This document shows positions 1 through 10,550 of a stretch of 64,000 nucleotides of DNA, piece by piece. Made by a program: the position numbers and the translations under genes. The notes below the pieces were generated by a model. That model was not told the origin of the DNA. It did not search any database and was given only the letters and a program-made list of their open reading frames with translations. Each line of letters starts with the position of its first letter. Within the stretch, counting starts at the first letter, position 1. The stretch is from Dehalococcoidales bacterium (GTDB lineage Bacteria > Chloroflexota > Dehalococcoidia > Dehalococcoidales > RBG-16-60-22): assembly GCA_050018395.1 (NCBI GenBank), contig JBEKAC010000002.1, positions 600 to 64,599 of the forward strand, read 5' to 3'.

Positions 1-2649
1 TCCGGTGAAATCCGCACCTGGATGTTCTCGCTGGAACCTATCACCATCGGCGGGGAGCAGTGTTTCATCGGGGTGGCGATGGATATTACGGAACGCAAGC
101 GCATGGAGCAGGCCCAGCGCGAATCGGAAGAGAAATTCGCCGCCGCCTTCCACTCCAGCCCGGACATGATAACCATCTCAAATATGAATAAGGACAATTA
201 TATCGAAGTAAATGACAGTTTTGTCCGTAACACAGGTTATACCCGTGAGGAGTTAGTCGGCCATCCCGTGGGTGAAATTAATATGTTTGCCAATCCCCAG
301 GAATCTGAAAAAATGGCCAGGCTCCTACAGGAGCAGGGGTATATAAGAAACGAAGAGTTCAGCTTTAAGATAAAATCCGGAGAAATACGCGCCTGGTTAT
401 GCTCGGCGGATGTAATCACTATCGGCGGGGAGCCGTGTACAATTGCCGTGGCTACTGATATCACGGAACGCAAGCAGGCGCAGCAGGCCCAGCGGGAATC
501 GGAGGAGAAATTCGCTGCCGCCTTCCACTCCAGCCCGGACATGATTATTATCACCAGTCTAACCGACGGTAAATATATTGATGTCAATGAAAGCTTCGTC
601 CAGAATACCGGCTATACCCGCGAGGAGTTCATCGGCCACACGGTCAACGAATTTGATTTGTGGGCGGACCCGGCCGAGGCGGAGAGCTTTTTGCGCATAT
701 TCCAGGAGCAGAACAAGGTGAGAAACCAGGTGTACCGCTTCCGCTGTAAGTCCGGCGAGATCCGTACCTGGCTCTGTTCGGCGGATTTTGTGACCATCGG
801 CGGTCAGACCCGTATGCTGGCGGTAGCCGCGGACATTACCGAGCGTAAGAAAGCCGAGGAGGCTTTACAGGAGTCGGAAGAGAAGTTCTCCAAGGCCTTC
901 TATTCCAGCCCCTTCTCCGTGTCCATCAGTCGCCTCGGTGACGGCGCATTCATCGATGTTAATGACCGCTTCCTCCGTGATAAGGGCTATACCCGTGAAG
1001 AGATCATCGGCCATAGCTCCAAGAGCCTGAACATCTGGGCGAATCACGACCAGGCGCTGAATATTATGCAGACGGTCAAGGGCGGCGGACAGATTCACAA
1101 CATGGAGGCCCAGTTCCTCACCAAATCAGGAGATGTCCGTACCGGTTTGATCTCGGCGGACATCATTAATATCAAGAACGAGCCGTGCATGATGGTGATC
1201 AATAGCGATATCACCCAGCAAAAACAGGCGGAGGAGCAACTGCGCATCTTGAGCTCCGTCACGGAGCAGGTATCGGACTCCACTGTCATCACCGATCCTG
1301 ATTTCAAGATTAATTACATGAACCAGGCCGCCCAGAAACTGTTCGGCTATACCATTGAAGAAGCCCGCGGCAAATCGCTCAATCTTTTCAGTGAAAAACC
1401 GATCGCGAAGAGCATGCGGCAGGAAATTGTCGATAAAATCGCCAGTGATAAAGTCTGGAGCGGGATTATCACCAAGAAGCAGAAAAACGGCAACATCATA
1501 TTGTGTGATTGCCACATGTCTCCGCTCTACGATGAAAAAGGCAATCTGGTCTTTTATATCGATGTCCAGCGGGACGTCACCCGGCAGAAAGAGATTGAAG
1601 CCAAGCTGCAGGAGCACAAGAAACTGATCGACAGCATCCTGGCCACCATGCCGGAAGGCGTGCTTGTCATCGATAGCCAGGACCGTATCGTCCTGGCCAA
1701 CAAGGCCTTTTACGCCATTTTCCACATGCCCACGGCCATGAAAAACAAAACGCTGGGTGAAATCCTCCCCGTCGACAGTTTCTTTGACCTCCATAAGGCG
1801 GTGAAACTGGGCATTGCGGAAAATAATACCCTGGAATTCCGCTACCAGGTGCAGGGGCTTGACCGCATTATTTACTGCATCGTCGTCAAAATGGATGGGG
1901 AACGCTCCCTGCTAACTTTCACGGACGTTACCGCCGAGCGGGAGAAGGAAGAAAAGCTCTACCTCACGGACCGCCTGGCCTCCCTCGGAGAGATGGCCGC
2001 CGGCCTGGCGCATGAGCTGAATAATCCTTTGACCGGTATCCTGGCCCTGTCTCAAATGCTCGTGGACAGTGACCTGCCGGCAGAGCATAAAGAGGACCTG
2101 GATTGCATTAACAATGAAGCCAAGCGGGCCGCCGGCATCGTGAGAAACGTTCTGCTGTTCGCCCGCAATAAATCCGATGTCAACGGCCGCTCCTCGATTA
2201 ATGAGGTCCTGACCGACGTCGTGCGGCTGCGCGAGTACGAGCAAAAGGCCAGCAATATCAAGGTCGTCACCGAGCTGGAAGACAACCTGCCGGAGATCCC
2301 GATCGATAAGGGCCAGCTTCAGCAGGTATTCCTGAACCTCATCTCCAACGCTGAAGCAGCGGTTAAAGAAGCCGGGCGGCCCGGCGTCATCACCGTTACC
2401 ACCCAGCGTACCAATGGTCACGTCAACATCCTCGTCAGCGATAACGGCTGCGGTATCAAGAAGGACGTCATGCCCCGGATTTTCGATCCTTTCTTCACCA
2501 CCAAGGAAATCGGCAAAGGCACCGGCCTGGGGCTGAGTATCTGCTATAGCATCATCGTGAAACACGGCGGCAAGATCAATGTGAAGAGCCAGGTAAATGA
2601 AGGCACCACTTTCACCATCAGGATGCCCGTGGTGCTGCCTGAAAGATAG
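1..2649 (+). CDS. Multi-PAS sensor histidine kinase (5' end lies outside the window)
   Basis: Frame is open from nt 1: SGEIRTW precedes the first ATG at 22 and matches the ends of later PAS modules. Several PAS modules are each closed by a DIT(E/Q)(R/Q)K linker. H-box [10 protein letters not shown]. HATPase_c motifs DNGCGI and GTGLGLS. Confidence 0.9.
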   Translation, partial: SGEIRTWMFSLEPITIGGEQCFIGVAMDITERKRMEQAQRESEEKFAAAFHSSPDMITISNMNKDNYIEVNDSFVRNTGYTREELVGHPVGEINMFANPQESEKMARLLQEQGYIRNEEFSFKIKSGEIRAWLCSADVITIGGEPCTIAVATDITERKQAQQAQRESEEKFAAAFHSSPDMIIITSLTDGKYIDVNESFVQNTGYTREEFIGHTVNEFDLWADPAEAESFLRIFQEQNKVRNQVYRFRCKSGEIRTWLCSADFVTIGGQTRMLAVAADITERKKAEEALQESEEKFSKAFYSSPFSVSISRLGDGAFIDVNDRFLRDKGYTREEIIGHSSKSLNIWANHDQALNIMQTVKGGGQIHNMEAQFLTKSGDVRTGLISADIINIKNEPCMMVINSDITQQKQAEEQLRILSSVTEQVSDSTVITDPDFKINYMNQAAQKLFGYTIEEARGKSLNLFSEKPIAKSMRQEIVDKIASDKVWSGIITKKQKNGNIILCDCHMSPLYDEKGNLVFYIDVQRDVTRQKEIEAKLQEHKKLIDSILATMPEGVLVIDSQDRIVLANKAFYAIFHMPTAMKNKTLGEILPVDSFFDLHKAVKLGIAENNTLEFRYQVQGLDRIIYCIVVKMDGERSLLTFTDVTAEREKEEKLYLTDRLASLGEMAAGLAHELNNPLTGILALSQMLVDSDLPAEHKEDLDCINNEAKRAAGIVRNVLLFARNKSDVNGRSSINEVLTDVVRLREYEQKASNIKVVTELEDNLPEIPIDKGQLQQVFLNLISNAEAAVKEAGRPGVITVTTQRTNGHVNILVSDNGCGIKKDVMPRIFDPFFTTKEIGKGTGLGLSICYSIIVKHGGKINVKSQVNEGTTFTIRMPVVLPER

Positions 2650-2660
2650 AGAGGTAAGAT

Positions 2661-3680
2661 ATGATAACATCGCCTGCTAAAGAAAACATCCTCATTGTTG
2701 ACGATGAAAAAACGGTACGGAGAAGCCTGAACAAATGCCTGACGATGAACGGCTTCTCCTGCGAGGAAGCCAGCAACGCCGAGGAAGCCATGGCCACGCT
2801 GGGTAAAAAGCCGGCGGACCTCGTTATCCTGGATATTACGATGCCCGGCGTTTCCGGCAGCGATCTGCTGCCCAGGATTAAAAAGTCCTACCCGGATACC
2901 GCCGTCGTCATGGCTACCGCCGTCGTTGAACCGGATATTATCATCAACTGCATGAAAAACGGCGCCCACGACTACATCACCAAGCCGTTTGACATCACCC
3001 AGCTCGTCAATAACATCCAGACCGTGCTGGATAAAAGGAACCTGGAGCTCCATCTTAAAGAGAAGAGCCAGGTCCTCGAAGGTAAGGTACAAACGCAGGC
3101 TAAAGAGCTCCAGAAACTCTTCATTGACGCCGTGGAATCGCTCGTCGTCGCGCTGGAAGCCAAGGACCAGTACACCGCCGGCCACTCGCGCCGCGTCACC
3201 AAGATCGCCCTGGACATCGCCTACGCCATGAAAATGGCGGGTGAAGACCTGGAAAACCTGCGCTGGGCAGCCCTCTTGCATGACATCGGTAAGATCGGCA
3301 TTGACCCCTCCATCCAGAACAAGCCGGGCAGCCTGACGCCCTCGGAGTACCATTATATTCTCACCCATTGCAGCATCGGCTCCGGTATCGTTCAGCCGCT
3401 CGTCAATGCCAGTATCGTCGAGGCCATCAAGCATCATCATGACAGTTATGACGGCACCGGCCTCAATCAGACCGTTACCGGCGAGCAGATTCCGCTCGCT
3501 TCCAGAATTCTCGCCGTGGCTGATTCTTTTGACGCGATGACTTCGGACCGGCCTTACCGTACCGCCATGTCCGCCGCCAAGGCCATCGCGGAAGTGCAGC
3601 GGTGCTCCGGCACCCAGTTCGATCCGGTTGTCGTCAAGGCATTTTTGATGACGGCTATCGTGAGCTCTCTAAAGTCCTAA
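2661..3680 (+). CDS. Response regulator with REC domain and HD-GYP-type phosphodiesterase domain (GYP motif degenerate)
   Basis: REC motifs ILIVDDE, DLVILDITMPG, TKPF. HD-GYP-type motifs HSRRV, LLHDIGKIGI, HHHDSYDGTG (followed by LNQ rather than YP), ADSFDAMTSDRPYR. Starts 12 nt after the kinase stop. Confidence 0.88.
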   Translation: MITSPAKENILIVDDEKTVRRSLNKCLTMNGFSCEEASNAEEAMATLGKKPADLVILDITMPGVSGSDLLPRIKKSYPDTAVVMATAVVEPDIIINCMKNGAHDYITKPFDITQLVNNIQTVLDKRNLELHLKEKSQVLEGKVQTQAKELQKLFIDAVESLVVALEAKDQYTAGHSRRVTKIALDIAYAMKMAGEDLENLRWAALLHDIGKIGIDPSIQNKPGSLTPSEYHYILTHCSIGSGIVQPLVNASIVEAIKHHHDSYDGTGLNQTVTGEQIPLASRILAVADSFDAMTSDRPYRTAMSAAKAIAEVQRCSGTQFDPVVVKAFLMTAIVSSLKS

Positions 3681-3865
3681 GACGAAAGTTAGTGGATGGA
3701 AGTGACCTTAGTAACAGTCATTATGACGAATTCTCTATTTACTCGGGTTGACGGCCGTATGAATAATGGAAATAGGGAACCTGCGCCCGGCGACAGGCCG
3801 CTAGCACTTGTTAACGGCCGGTACGCGGCGCTTTTTGATCCTGGCCTGCAGGAACATATAAGAAG

Positions 3866-4213
3866 ATGAAAAGTGAAAAGGGTAATACCTTGATTGAGGT
3901 ACTGGTGGCTCTGGCGTTGCTGGGCACCGTCAGCGTCCTGTTTTTGGGCGGCGTGATGAACTCCACCAACGCCCGCGTTCAGGCAGACAGCCGCGCCTCC
4001 TCCAAGGTTCTCGCGGAGGGCATTATCGATTCCGTGAAAAAAATGCCTTTCGATGCCTCGTACAACATCACTGTTCCGGCGGAATTCTCCACCTATAACG
4101 CCACTCTTACCGTGACCAGCCTGGCCAACGGTAATATTCAAAAACTGACGGTCGCTATCTCGCACCTTGGCAAGCAGGTATTAACACTGGAAGATTATAA
4201 GGTTAACCGATGA
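3866..4213 (+). CDS. Prepilin-type (type IV pilin / T2SS pseudopilin-like) protein
   Basis: N-terminus MKSEKG|NTLIEVLVALALLG: Gly cleavage site, Glu at +5, hydrophobic helix. 115 aa. Overlaps the next gene by 4 nt. Confidence 0.7.
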   Translation: MKSEKGNTLIEVLVALALLGTVSVLFLGGVMNSTNARVQADSRASSKVLAEGIIDSVKKMPFDASYNITVPAEFSTYNATLTVTSLANGNIQKLTVAISHLGKQVLTLEDYKVNR

Positions 4214-4737
4214 TGTTCCGTAAAATAAGATTGTTCCATCAAAATCGGGCGGGCTGGACGCTCATCGAGATGCTGGTGGCTATCGCCATTACCGGCATCA
4301 TCGCGCTGGGAGCTTCCGTCTCCATGGCCCAGGTCATGAACTCGACCACACGGAATAATGATTATACCACCGCCAGCCGCAACGCCATGAATGCTCTGCA
4401 CTGGATGAGCCGCGACGCGGAAATGGCGCAGACCATCAGCGGTACCGCCGGCTTCCCGGCCTCACAGAACCTTTCCATGACGTGGAGGGGATGGGATAAT
4501 TCTAACTACACCGCCAACTACACTCTGGTCGCCGGCCAGCTCAAACGTATTTTTTCCGTCGGTTCCACCACTTCGACCACGGTGATCGCGGAAAATATTA
4601 ACTCTTCAACGCAAAAGACATTCTGTTCCAGCGTTAATGGGACGATTAACATCACCGTTACCAGCAGCGTGGGCAGCGGCGCCAGGGTCATCGATGTCAA
4701 GCAGGAACGCAAAATATCTTCGCGGCCGAATTTGTAA
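4210..4737 (+). CDS. Prepilin-type pseudopilin (GspJ/PilW-like size)
   Basis: N-terminus ...NRAG|WTLIEMLVAIAITGIIALG with Glu at +5. 175 aa. Translationally coupled to the upstream gene. Confidence 0.7.
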   Translation: MMFRKIRLFHQNRAGWTLIEMLVAIAITGIIALGASVSMAQVMNSTTRNNDYTTASRNAMNALHWMSRDAEMAQTISGTAGFPASQNLSMTWRGWDNSNYTANYTLVAGQLKRIFSVGSTTSTTVIAENINSSTQKTFCSSVNGTINITVTSSVGSGARVIDVKQERKISSRPNL

Positions 4738-4742
4738 TAACT

Positions 4743-7700
4743 ATGAAAAATTACTTTAAATATCTCGCATCATTACTTAAATCCCAGGAAGCGGGGCAGG
4801 CCCTGATCATCGTGCTGGTTTTTATCCTTTTGGGGACCCTTACCCTCGTGCCCACCCTGGCGCACATGAGCACCGCACTGCAAAGCGGCAGGGTTTATGA
4901 GAACAAGAGCAACGAGTTTTTCACCGCCGACGCCGGCATTGAAAACGGCCTCTGGCGCATTAAATACGATGACCTGGGCCCTACTTATAGTCCTTATGAT
5001 TTCGATACAACCTTTTCCTACCAGACAGACCCCGTCAATAACCGCAATGCGGCGGTCACTGTCCAGAATATCTGGCTCCCCACTAACGTCACGCTGGCCT
5101 CGCTCGGCATTACGCCGGATGCGGCCCAGACCATGGTGGACTCGGAAAAACTGGTGGTCTCGGGTACTTCCGGCGCTATCCCGCACCAGCCCTACCACAT
5201 TGCCATAGCATTTACTCCCGCAACAGGCGATAACCTGACTATAAAATCGGTGGGCATCTGGCTGCCGCAGGACTTTACTTACGCTAATAACTGCACACTG
5301 GAAACCGGCGGACAGTTTACCAAATACTATCCTCATGCGGAGACCGTTACTACCGTACCGGGGGGTACGTCTATCGTCTGGAGCTATACCGCGCCCTACC
5401 CCGTGTTTACCGACTTCCCCAACATGGATACGGAAAACGGGACCCTGTCCTCCTCGATAACTTTTAGCTATAATCCTCCCGCCAGCAACCCCACCAAGCT
5501 GCCACTGGCGGTGGCCTGGGTTACCACCGACCAGGTTTCAGATTCGCCCGTCGCCTGGGACACGGATACGCGCTATTATAAAATCACCGGCGCCAACGGT
5601 AAGACGGAGATTGAGACCTATTCCTCCAAGTCTGAGTTGCGTAAGCTGGGTGACGCCATCGCCGGCTCTTATGTCGCCGTCGGCAACTCGCTGATGATCG
5701 GTGACGTCACCAAGCGTAACCAGTTGCTCTCTTCCAGCGCCTGCGATGTGTCCACGGTTTGGCCTATTCCGGCGGATGCGGATGTCCTTCAAGCCAAACT
5801 CTACTGGGCAGGCTTCCGTCTGGCTGGCAGCATTTTTTCCGATAGCTGCAACGACTTTTCTAAATGGGACAGGAGCAATGATGACGGTAACCAGACGGTG
5901 AAACCGACAGGTGATGGCGCTAATAGCGGCACACGCCATATGCTGCAAATAAGGCTACCGACAGGTGCGGGCGATACAAGCCAGATAGCTTCAGGTACAT
6001 ACGCCTCGCTGGATGAGTGTTCGTGGGATAATGTAGCCTGGAACACGTCGGATTACGAAAAAACCGGAACTACGGCGGGATATGGGCTATTTACCTTTGC
6101 CACACCTGCAATACCCACAGGAGCAACTATCAATAGTGTTAACGTTTACCAGTACACGAGAGATGATACCAGTGGCACTAATTATATACGAGAGTGCATC
6201 AAGGTCAAAGGTACTAGGTATGAGGGAAGCTCTAGCCATAACCCTGGAACGACGGCAACGTTCTATTCTACCTCATGGGCGACTAATCCAAATACCGGCT
6301 TAGCTTGGACAGTCAACGATGTTAATGGCTCAGGGCCAGCCTCTTTACAACAATTCGGCTTCGGCGGTATGACTGATAATGACTGGAACCCCGCCTTCAG
6401 AGTATGTTCCTGCTGGATGACGATAGACTATGATTTAGCCGGCAATTATTACACTTCGGTTGATGAGACGTCGCCTGACTATACGGACGGAGAATATTTC
6501 AATGCGGCTAGCGGCTCAAGCTATCAACATTTTACTTTCCCTTCTTTTAGTATCCCGGCAAGTTGCCCGGTAACCGACCTGAAAATAACCTACTCGGCTT
6601 GTGAATTTGATGCAAACACTTCGGCGGGCACGAATAATGTGAGGGCTGGCATAAAGGTTAACGGGATTCAATACGACACTACAGATTCAGGGAACGACCC
6701 TGGCTATACGCCCGCCACCTACACATATACATATACTGTTAATCCGAATACAAACTTAGCATGGACGGCCGCCGATATCAACGGCACGGGAGCGCATCCA
6801 TTACAACAGTTCGGGTTTGCCACCAGCGATTCCAGCCCGGCGGTGTTGTTCTCGATGGTCTATGCTCAGGTAGATTACACCAGTGACAGTCTCTGGACTA
6901 TTTCCTCCGGCCGGTTCCAGGGTCAGGGCAGTAGCAGTGGCACTACGGACGCCAGGACGCTCACCCTGAAAAACAGCATCGATTTATCCTCCTATGCGCC
7001 CGGAACCATCGCTTTATACTGGGACCAGAGTACCGGCGGCAGCCCGGGAACCACGGACTCCCTGTATTATGCCATCTCCGGTGACGGAGGGAATACCTGG
7101 AGCGCCAATACCGAAGCCTTCCACGGCAGCCCCTCGACCTCGTTCGGGGCCATCGTGCCTACCGCGAACATGACCAGTAACTTTAAATTCCGGCTCTACT
7201 TTAATTACACTTCTAATAGCAAATATGTGTACTTGGATAATATTCAGGTGCTCACCGTGCCGCCGGATACGGATGTTAACTTTTCAATCAACAACCAGCA
7301 GGTCTACTTGGACGGCAGCGGTAACCCCCAGGCGGGTTCACAAAAGCTCACGGCTTCCTCTAGCGCCGTGCTGGTCAACACGAATCTGAGTGCTATCGAC
7401 TCTGGTAAATACGGCTATTTCTATACTTGCCAACGGGACGTCTCCAAGCTGGTGAAGACATATCCAATTGTTCCGGGTGAGCAGCACCATACCGGCAATG
7501 CTTTGTACACGGTCGGCGATGTCACCGCGGATACCGGGCAGTACATCTCTTATGCCGGCTGGTCGCTCATCATCATTTATACCAGCCCGGCCACGGCGGG
7601 GCACTACCTTTATCTTAATGACGTCTTCGCTTACAACCCCGGCAACTCCAACCTGGATTTTGACCATGATGGGACTCCGGGCGGTGATGTTTCGGGCTTT

Positions 7701-8099
7701 GTGATTCCGGAGCCTATCAGGAATAAAAGCGGTCAGATCCTCGAGACCGTGGCGGCCAACATCACCTGCTTCGTCGGCGAAGGTGACGCCATTTACACCG
7801 GAGACTCGGTGATGATTACCGGTCAGCAGTCGGGTAACAGCGAGTATCTTTCCAACAGCGCCTCCCCTTCGAATAACGTCTGGAACGGCGCGGATACTGT
7901 CTCCAGCTATCCCGGCATTGATATCGATACTTTTTCCGTTCTCTGGAATGATAATATCTTAACGCCGGGCGATACCCGGTTGCATCTGGACTTGACCACT
8001 CAGACAGACGTCTGGGAACTGATATATATCATCATGTCCGTCCGCAGTGAGACGGTTACCGGCGGGACGGAGAACTTTATCATCCACAACACGTCCTAG
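4743..8099 (+). CDS. Large secreted/surface protein with PilX/GspK-like N-terminal anchor; putative pilus-tip adhesin
   Basis: 1118 aa. N-terminus QEAG|QALIIVLVFILLGTL has the hydrophobic helix but Ile instead of Glu at +5. The rest is Thr/Ser/Asn/Gly-rich. Two tandem ~150-aa modules share NPNT(G/N)LAWT..D(V/I)NG(S/T)G...LQQFGF. Asp-box SGDGGNTW. Starts 5 nt after the second pseudopilin. Confidence 0.65.
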   Translation: MKNYFKYLASLLKSQEAGQALIIVLVFILLGTLTLVPTLAHMSTALQSGRVYENKSNEFFTADAGIENGLWRIKYDDLGPTYSPYDFDTTFSYQTDPVNNRNAAVTVQNIWLPTNVTLASLGITPDAAQTMVDSEKLVVSGTSGAIPHQPYHIAIAFTPATGDNLTIKSVGIWLPQDFTYANNCTLETGGQFTKYYPHAETVTTVPGGTSIVWSYTAPYPVFTDFPNMDTENGTLSSSITFSYNPPASNPTKLPLAVAWVTTDQVSDSPVAWDTDTRYYKITGANGKTEIETYSSKSELRKLGDAIAGSYVAVGNSLMIGDVTKRNQLLSSSACDVSTVWPIPADADVLQAKLYWAGFRLAGSIFSDSCNDFSKWDRSNDDGNQTVKPTGDGANSGTRHMLQIRLPTGAGDTSQIASGTYASLDECSWDNVAWNTSDYEKTGTTAGYGLFTFATPAIPTGATINSVNVYQYTRDDTSGTNYIRECIKVKGTRYEGSSSHNPGTTATFYSTSWATNPNTGLAWTVNDVNGSGPASLQQFGFGGMTDNDWNPAFRVCSCWMTIDYDLAGNYYTSVDETSPDYTDGEYFNAASGSSYQHFTFPSFSIPASCPVTDLKITYSACEFDANTSAGTNNVRAGIKVNGIQYDTTDSGNDPGYTPATYTYTYTVNPNTNLAWTAADINGTGAHPLQQFGFATSDSSPAVLFSMVYAQVDYTSDSLWTISSGRFQGQGSSSGTTDARTLTLKNSIDLSSYAPGTIALYWDQSTGGSPGTTDSLYYAISGDGGNTWSANTEAFHGSPSTSFGAIVPTANMTSNFKFRLYFNYTSNSKYVYLDNIQVLTVPPDTDVNFSINNQQVYLDGSGNPQAGSQKLTASSSAVLVNTNLSAIDSGKYGYFYTCQRDVSKLVKTYPIVPGEQHHTGNALYTVGDVTADTGQYISYAGWSLIIIYTSPATAGHYLYLNDVFAYNPGNSNLDFDHDGTPGGDVSGFVIPEPIRNKSGQILETVAANITCFVGEGDAIYTGDSVMITGQQSGNSEYLSNSASPSNNVWNGADTVSSYPGIDIDTFSVLWNDNILTPGDTRLHLDLTTQTDVWELIYIIMSVRSETVTGGTENFIIHNTS

Positions 8100-8109
8100 G
8101 ATGGCCGTC

Positions 8110-9363
8110 TTAGGCCGCGTCCGTGCGGAAGCGCCAGATAGCGATCAGCCCGAAGGCTAAAGCGAAAGCCGCCAGCGCTATCATCGAAGGCGCGGCGTCC
8201 CCGAACCCCGCCCCGAACAGCATCAGCTTGTTGAAGCCCTCGGTCGCCCAGGCGTGGGGCACGATTTTCGAGATGTTTTGCAGCCATTGCGGGTAAAGGA
8301 AGGACGGCCACCAGCACCCGCCGAGAGGCGCCAGCAGCAGCGATGTCAGCACCGCCAGCGAGGAAGCGCTGCGCATTGTTCGGGCCAGCGTGGCCAGCAT
8401 TAAAGCGAACGCCGAGGACATGACCACCATCAGCACGGAAAGCAAAATGACCGCCCCCGGCGAAAGCCCCATGTCCACATTAAATACCAGTATACCTACC
8501 GCCCAGAAGATGATAATTTGTATCAGCCCCCGGATAACCGAACCCGTAAAAATACCGCCCAGTATCGCCTCTTTGCTCACGGAGGTGGAAAGCAGCCTTT
8601 CCAGGGTGTGGTTCTGGCGCTCCTGTACCACCGCTATCGCCGATAGCCCGGCCGCCATGAAGACGAACATGACCAGGTACCCAGGCACCACGAAGTTGGA
8701 GGAGTTGATGGCCTTGACGGCCCCGATGCTCTCCGTTCTGTAGGTCACGTAGGCCGCCGCCGCGTTAGCCGTCCCGCCGGCCATTTCCTTCGCCAGCAGG
8801 TCCTGGGAGGCTTTGGCGATGCTGGCGGAGTCGCTGCCGATAATGCCGTTCTTCACCATCAGGTCGATGCTGGCGTGGATGGCCACCTTATTCGTGCCTA
8901 TCTGCGAGGCTATCGCCTGGGCCATGCCGTTGAGCGCCGCCTGGGCGTTGGTGGCGCTGGCGTTCACATAGACTTCCAGGCTGGTGCCCGTCTCCGCGGC
9001 TACCGCCTGGGAGAAGTCCGCCGGGAATCCGATGAACCCGTCGATGGTGCCGTTATCCACCGCTGCTTTAGCGGCGTTATAATCACGGTCCCAGACAATT
9101 TGCGGGTCGCCCGGTTTTAAGAGCGATGGGTCCTGGGTCTCGATGCTGCCTAAAATCTGCTGGCTAAGGCCCCCGGCGGGCTCCTGGGTGGCCAAGTGCA
9201 GCGTCAGCCGCTTGTCTTCGCCCCCCACCCCTTTCAGCAGGAAGGTGAATAGAACGATGAACATGATAGGAAAAGCCAGGCTGAAGAACAACGACGTGCG
9301 GTCGGTGATGAAAATCTTCAGGTCTTTGATGGCGTAAAACCAGATATGCTTCAGGTTTTTCAT
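8110..9363 (-). CDS. ABC-2 type transporter permease
   Basis: Track ORF 8110..9456 trimmed to Met-32 (MKNLKHIWFYAIKDLKIF), 5 nt after the upstream permease stop. One N-terminal TM, a large loop, then a C-terminal cluster of TM helices typical of ABC-2 permeases. Confidence 0.8.
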   Translation of the reverse strand: MKNLKHIWFYAIKDLKIFITDRTSLFFSLAFPIMFIVLFTFLLKGVGGEDKRLTLHLATQEPAGGLSQQILGSIETQDPSLLKPGDPQIVWDRDYNAAKAAVDNGTIDGFIGFPADFSQAVAAETGTSLEVYVNASATNAQAALNGMAQAIASQIGTNKVAIHASIDLMVKNGIIGSDSASIAKASQDLLAKEMAGGTANAAAAYVTYRTESIGAVKAINSSNFVVPGYLVMFVFMAAGLSAIAVVQERQNHTLERLLSTSVSKEAILGGIFTGSVIRGLIQIIIFWAVGILVFNVDMGLSPGAVILLSVLMVVMSSAFALMLATLARTMRSASSLAVLTSLLLAPLGGCWWPSFLYPQWLQNISKIVPHAWATEGFNKLMLFGAGFGDAAPSMIALAAFALAFGLIAIWRFRTDAA

Positions 9364-9368
9364 TTTAT

Positions 9369-10544
9369 TTATTTCCCCGCCACCGGTTTGAATACCATCC
9401 GGCTGATGATCAGCCCCACGATGACCACCCCGGCCAAGACCAGCAGTGGCTGCCACGCCTGGCCCAGCGAGCCGCCGCTGCTGATGATCGTTCTATAGGC
9501 GCGGTTGGCGTAGGTATTCAGGGATATTTTGCTCAAAGTGTCCAGCACCGAGCCCTTGGCGATGGTGAAGAAAGTACCGCCCATCATCGTCATGAACATC
9601 GTTACCACCACCCCCACCCAGCTGGCGGCCCGCTCGGTGTGTGATATCGCGGCGACGATCAGTCCTATCGCTCCGGCCGCCGCCGTGAACAGCAACGTTA
9701 TCACCATCGCCGCCAGGAAAGACAGCGGCGTGAACATTTGAAAGACGGCGTAAGCCAGTATGAGTAAAATCAGGGTCTGCACGAACCCCCGCGCGATATT
9801 GGATAAAAACTTGCCCAGGAAAAGCTCGCCGATGCTCAAACGCGTGGTTAGCAGCCTTTCCAGCGTGCCCCGCCGCCTCTCCTCCACGATGGTCGTCGAG
9901 GAAAGAGACAGAGCAAAAAGCACGTACATCGTGACGATGCCCGGCAGGTACTGGTTGACAAAGTCCGGTTTGCCGCCGGTGGTTACCTGGCTGACGCTGA
10001 CCGCGGGTTGCTGGCGTTCCTGCGTCAGATAGTCCTGCACCATGGGTACGATTGCGGCATCGCTGATGCCCGTCCCCGCCAGATTAGCCGCCACCAGGTG
10101 CCGCGCCTGGAACTCCTGGTTGATGTTTTCCGCCTCGCCCCGGATGATGCTGGCGAGTATCTGCCCCTCCGTCCCCCCGTTGCCCCGTTGCTTGAATACG
10201 AGCTCCGCCTGCCCGCCGGCGGTGAGGTTATCGGAGAAGCCGGCCGGTATGAAAAGGACCATCAGCAGGTCGGAGCGGTCGAGCTTGGTGTCCGCTTCCT
10301 TCGCGCTCATCACGTCGACGCTGATGCCGTCGACGCTGTCAATACTTTTAATCAACTGCTGGGAATAGGCGCCTTTGTCCTCGTCCACGATGGAGGCGGT
10401 GGCTTTGAACAGCGTTTGCCCCCCGAAGGCCCCGTACATCAAGGCGAAGGTGAGTATCGGCAGCAAAAGCCCGAACGCCAGGTCGCCTTTGTCCTGGAGG
10501 TACAGCTTGACTTCGTTGAGGGTGATAAATAATGCTCTCTTCAT
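9369..10544 (-). CDS. ABC-2 type transporter permease
   Basis: 391 aa with the same architecture as the downstream paralog. Follows the ATPase gene by 6 nt. Confidence 0.8.
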   Translation of the reverse strand: MKRALFITLNEVKLYLQDKGDLAFGLLLPILTFALMYGAFGGQTLFKATASIVDEDKGAYSQQLIKSIDSVDGISVDVMSAKEADTKLDRSDLLMVLFIPAGFSDNLTAGGQAELVFKQRGNGGTEGQILASIIRGEAENINQEFQARHLVAANLAGTGISDAAIVPMVQDYLTQERQQPAVSVSQVTTGGKPDFVNQYLPGIVTMYVLFALSLSSTTIVEERRRGTLERLLTTRLSIGELFLGKFLSNIARGFVQTLILLILAYAVFQMFTPLSFLAAMVITLLFTAAAGAIGLIVAAISHTERAASWVGVVVTMFMTMMGGTFFTIAKGSVLDTLSKISLNTYANRAYRTIISSGGSLGQAWQPLLVLAGVVIVGLIISRMVFKPVAGK

Positions 10545-10550
10545 CGGTGT

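Noticed and set aside
8110-9456. N-terminal extensions of several track ORFs (8110..9456, 10551..11336, 21448..22509, 24286..25107, 45351..46283, 46690..47904, 63333..63947, 43015..44967, 18500..20473)
   Set aside because: The upstream extensions overlap neighbouring genes or repeats and lack RBS. Internal starts give canonical N-termini with RBS or translational coupling, so coordinates were trimmed.
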